Part shown: in pieces, positions 62,831 to 64,000 of the stretch | Numbering within the stretch: position 1 is the stretch's first letter | Layout of the letters: each line of letters opens with the position of its first letter | Assembly: GCA_043228905.1 (NCBI GenBank) | Contig: JBHGNT010000011.1 | Location: forward strand, 15,934,001 to 15,998,000 | Reading direction: 5' to 3' | Length of the DNA stretch: 64,000 nucleotides | Source: Azolla caroliniana | Lineage: Eukaryota > Plantae > Polypodiophyta | The notes under the pieces: generated by a model | The model's database searches: none | Seen by the model: only the letters and a program-made list of their open reading frames with translations | What the model was told of the DNA's origin: nothing | Program-made: the position numbers and the translations under genes

Positions 62831-63010
62831 AATTCATTTACTGCCTGCAATACCTTCAAGCTCTCCAATCGTGTTGTCATAAACAAATATGTCGATGGTT
62901 CTTACATCCTCTTTAATCTGGTTCTATAAAGCATGTCTCATGATAAGGATAATGACGTAAATCCATAGATGCGAGGTGATTGGAGATGCACGGTGTGAAG
63001 ATAAGGAAAT

Positions 63011-63083
63011 TGGAGATGTGGGGTATCGATCCCCATGCCTCTCGCATGCAAAGCGAGCGCTCTACCATTTGAGCTACATCCCC
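63011..63083 (-). tRNA. trnA-UGC: tRNA-Ala(UGC)
   Basis: GGGGATGTAGCTCAAATGGTAGAGCGCTCGCTTTGCATGCGAGAGGCATGGGGATCGATACCCCACATCTCCA; all stems pair. Confidence 0.92.
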
Positions 63084-63290
63084 GTTAGGCTAAAGCATCA
63101 TTACATGATAAAGAGGTAGAGAGCGTAATCTCATGTGCTGCTTTTATGATCTCGAGAAATACCGAGATACGTAGTGGTTGCAATGCATACCGCAAAGCAA
63201 AGCGAGCGAAAAAATGCTTGAGCATACTTTATTCCATCGTTCGACAATGTGTAAAATGAGTGGAGATGCACGGTACCAAAATAACACAAT

Positions 63291-63363
63291 TGGAGATGCG
63301 GGGTATCGATCCCCGTACCTCTCGCATGCTAAGCGAGCGCTCTACCATATGAGCCACATCCCC
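63291..63363 (-). tRNA. trnA-AGC: tRNA-Ala(AGC), second repeat unit
   Basis: Identical to 62186-62258 except for one D-loop base (G15 to T). Confidence 0.9.
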
Positions 63364-64000
63364 TCTGAAACTTGAAACTCGAAACTTCCAACTTCCAAAT
63401 ACTATCCACCCTCCCATTTGGGTACAACGCCTTTCTCTAAAATCTAACAAAATACAAAAGTGTCATCACATCTATTTGACTTCAAGTACGTAGTCGCGAT
63501 ACTCCTCTTTAATGATGGTGACTTTATCCTAAGAGAGTGGAGACGCATGGTCTTCGCATAAAAGAATCGGAGATTCGGGGCTTCGATCCCCTATACCTCT
63601 CACCTAGGGAGAGTCGTAAAGTCATAAACGGACTAATGTATTGTGATGTTACATGTTAGACATGCAAGGTAGTGGTTACGAAACCGGAGTTGCGGGGTGT
63701 CGATACCCGTTCCTCTCGAGTGCAAAGCGAGGGATCTACAGTTTCAGTTACAACACGATTGGAGACGTGTGGTGTAAATCCCCATACCAACTCATTTATT
63801 GCTTGCAAATACCTTCAGGCTCTCGAATCGTGCTGTCATAAACAAATATGTGGATAGTCTCTCATGCAAAGCGAGGGCTCTACCATTTGAGCGACAACAC
63901 AATCGGAGATGATGTGTGGTGTAAATCCCCATACCAATTCATTTACTGCCTGCAATACCTTCAAGCTCTCCAATCGTGTTGTCATAAACAAATATGTCGA

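Larger units (their letters stand above)
62138..64000 (-). repeat. 1105-bp tandem repeat carrying tRNA-Ala genes (unit 1 62138-63242; unit 2 runs off the window)
   Basis: 62138-62895 is nearly identical to 63243-64000. Confidence 0.95.

Noticed and set aside
62103-63857. ORFs overlapping the tRNA genes (GDVAQMVERSLSMREV...)
   Set aside because: These are translations of tRNA sequence, not proteins.

Overview
Land-plant nuclear DNA; the gene and transposon content suggests a fern-like or other non-seed vascular plant, which is an inference. Bases 1-20 kb hold two convergent host genes: a 13-exon class II histone deacetylase (HDA5 type, 708 aa, + strand) and a 2-exon nucleus-encoded plastid ribosomal protein L3 (- strand). 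Bases 20-62 kb are two stacks of nested LTR retrotransposons, most of whose boundaries and target-site duplications (TSDs) can be read directly. Stack 1: an old LTR contains a Ty1/copia element (20313-44775, TSD TTTAG). That copia holds (i) a 3.75-kb piece copied from another copia locus together with 255 bp of flanking DNA, (ii) a tRNA-Trp-primed gypsy with a 4-bp TSD, and (iii) an Athila/Phygy-like gypsy. Stack 2: a truncated LTR element contains a second tRNA-Trp gypsy, which holds a solo LTR and a young chromovirus. The window ends in a 1105-bp tandem repeat of intact and decayed tRNA-Ala genes. Most unusual: the gypsy at 37181-44517 has no polypurine tract (PPT) and instead carries a tRNA-Arg 3'-end copy (an inverted primer-binding site, PBS, within a tRNA-like fold) 2 nt before its 3' LTR. 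Also notable: the Trp-primed clade makes CG-centred 4-bp TSDs and has a predicted -1 frameshift signal after the protease. All alignments and folds were done by eye.
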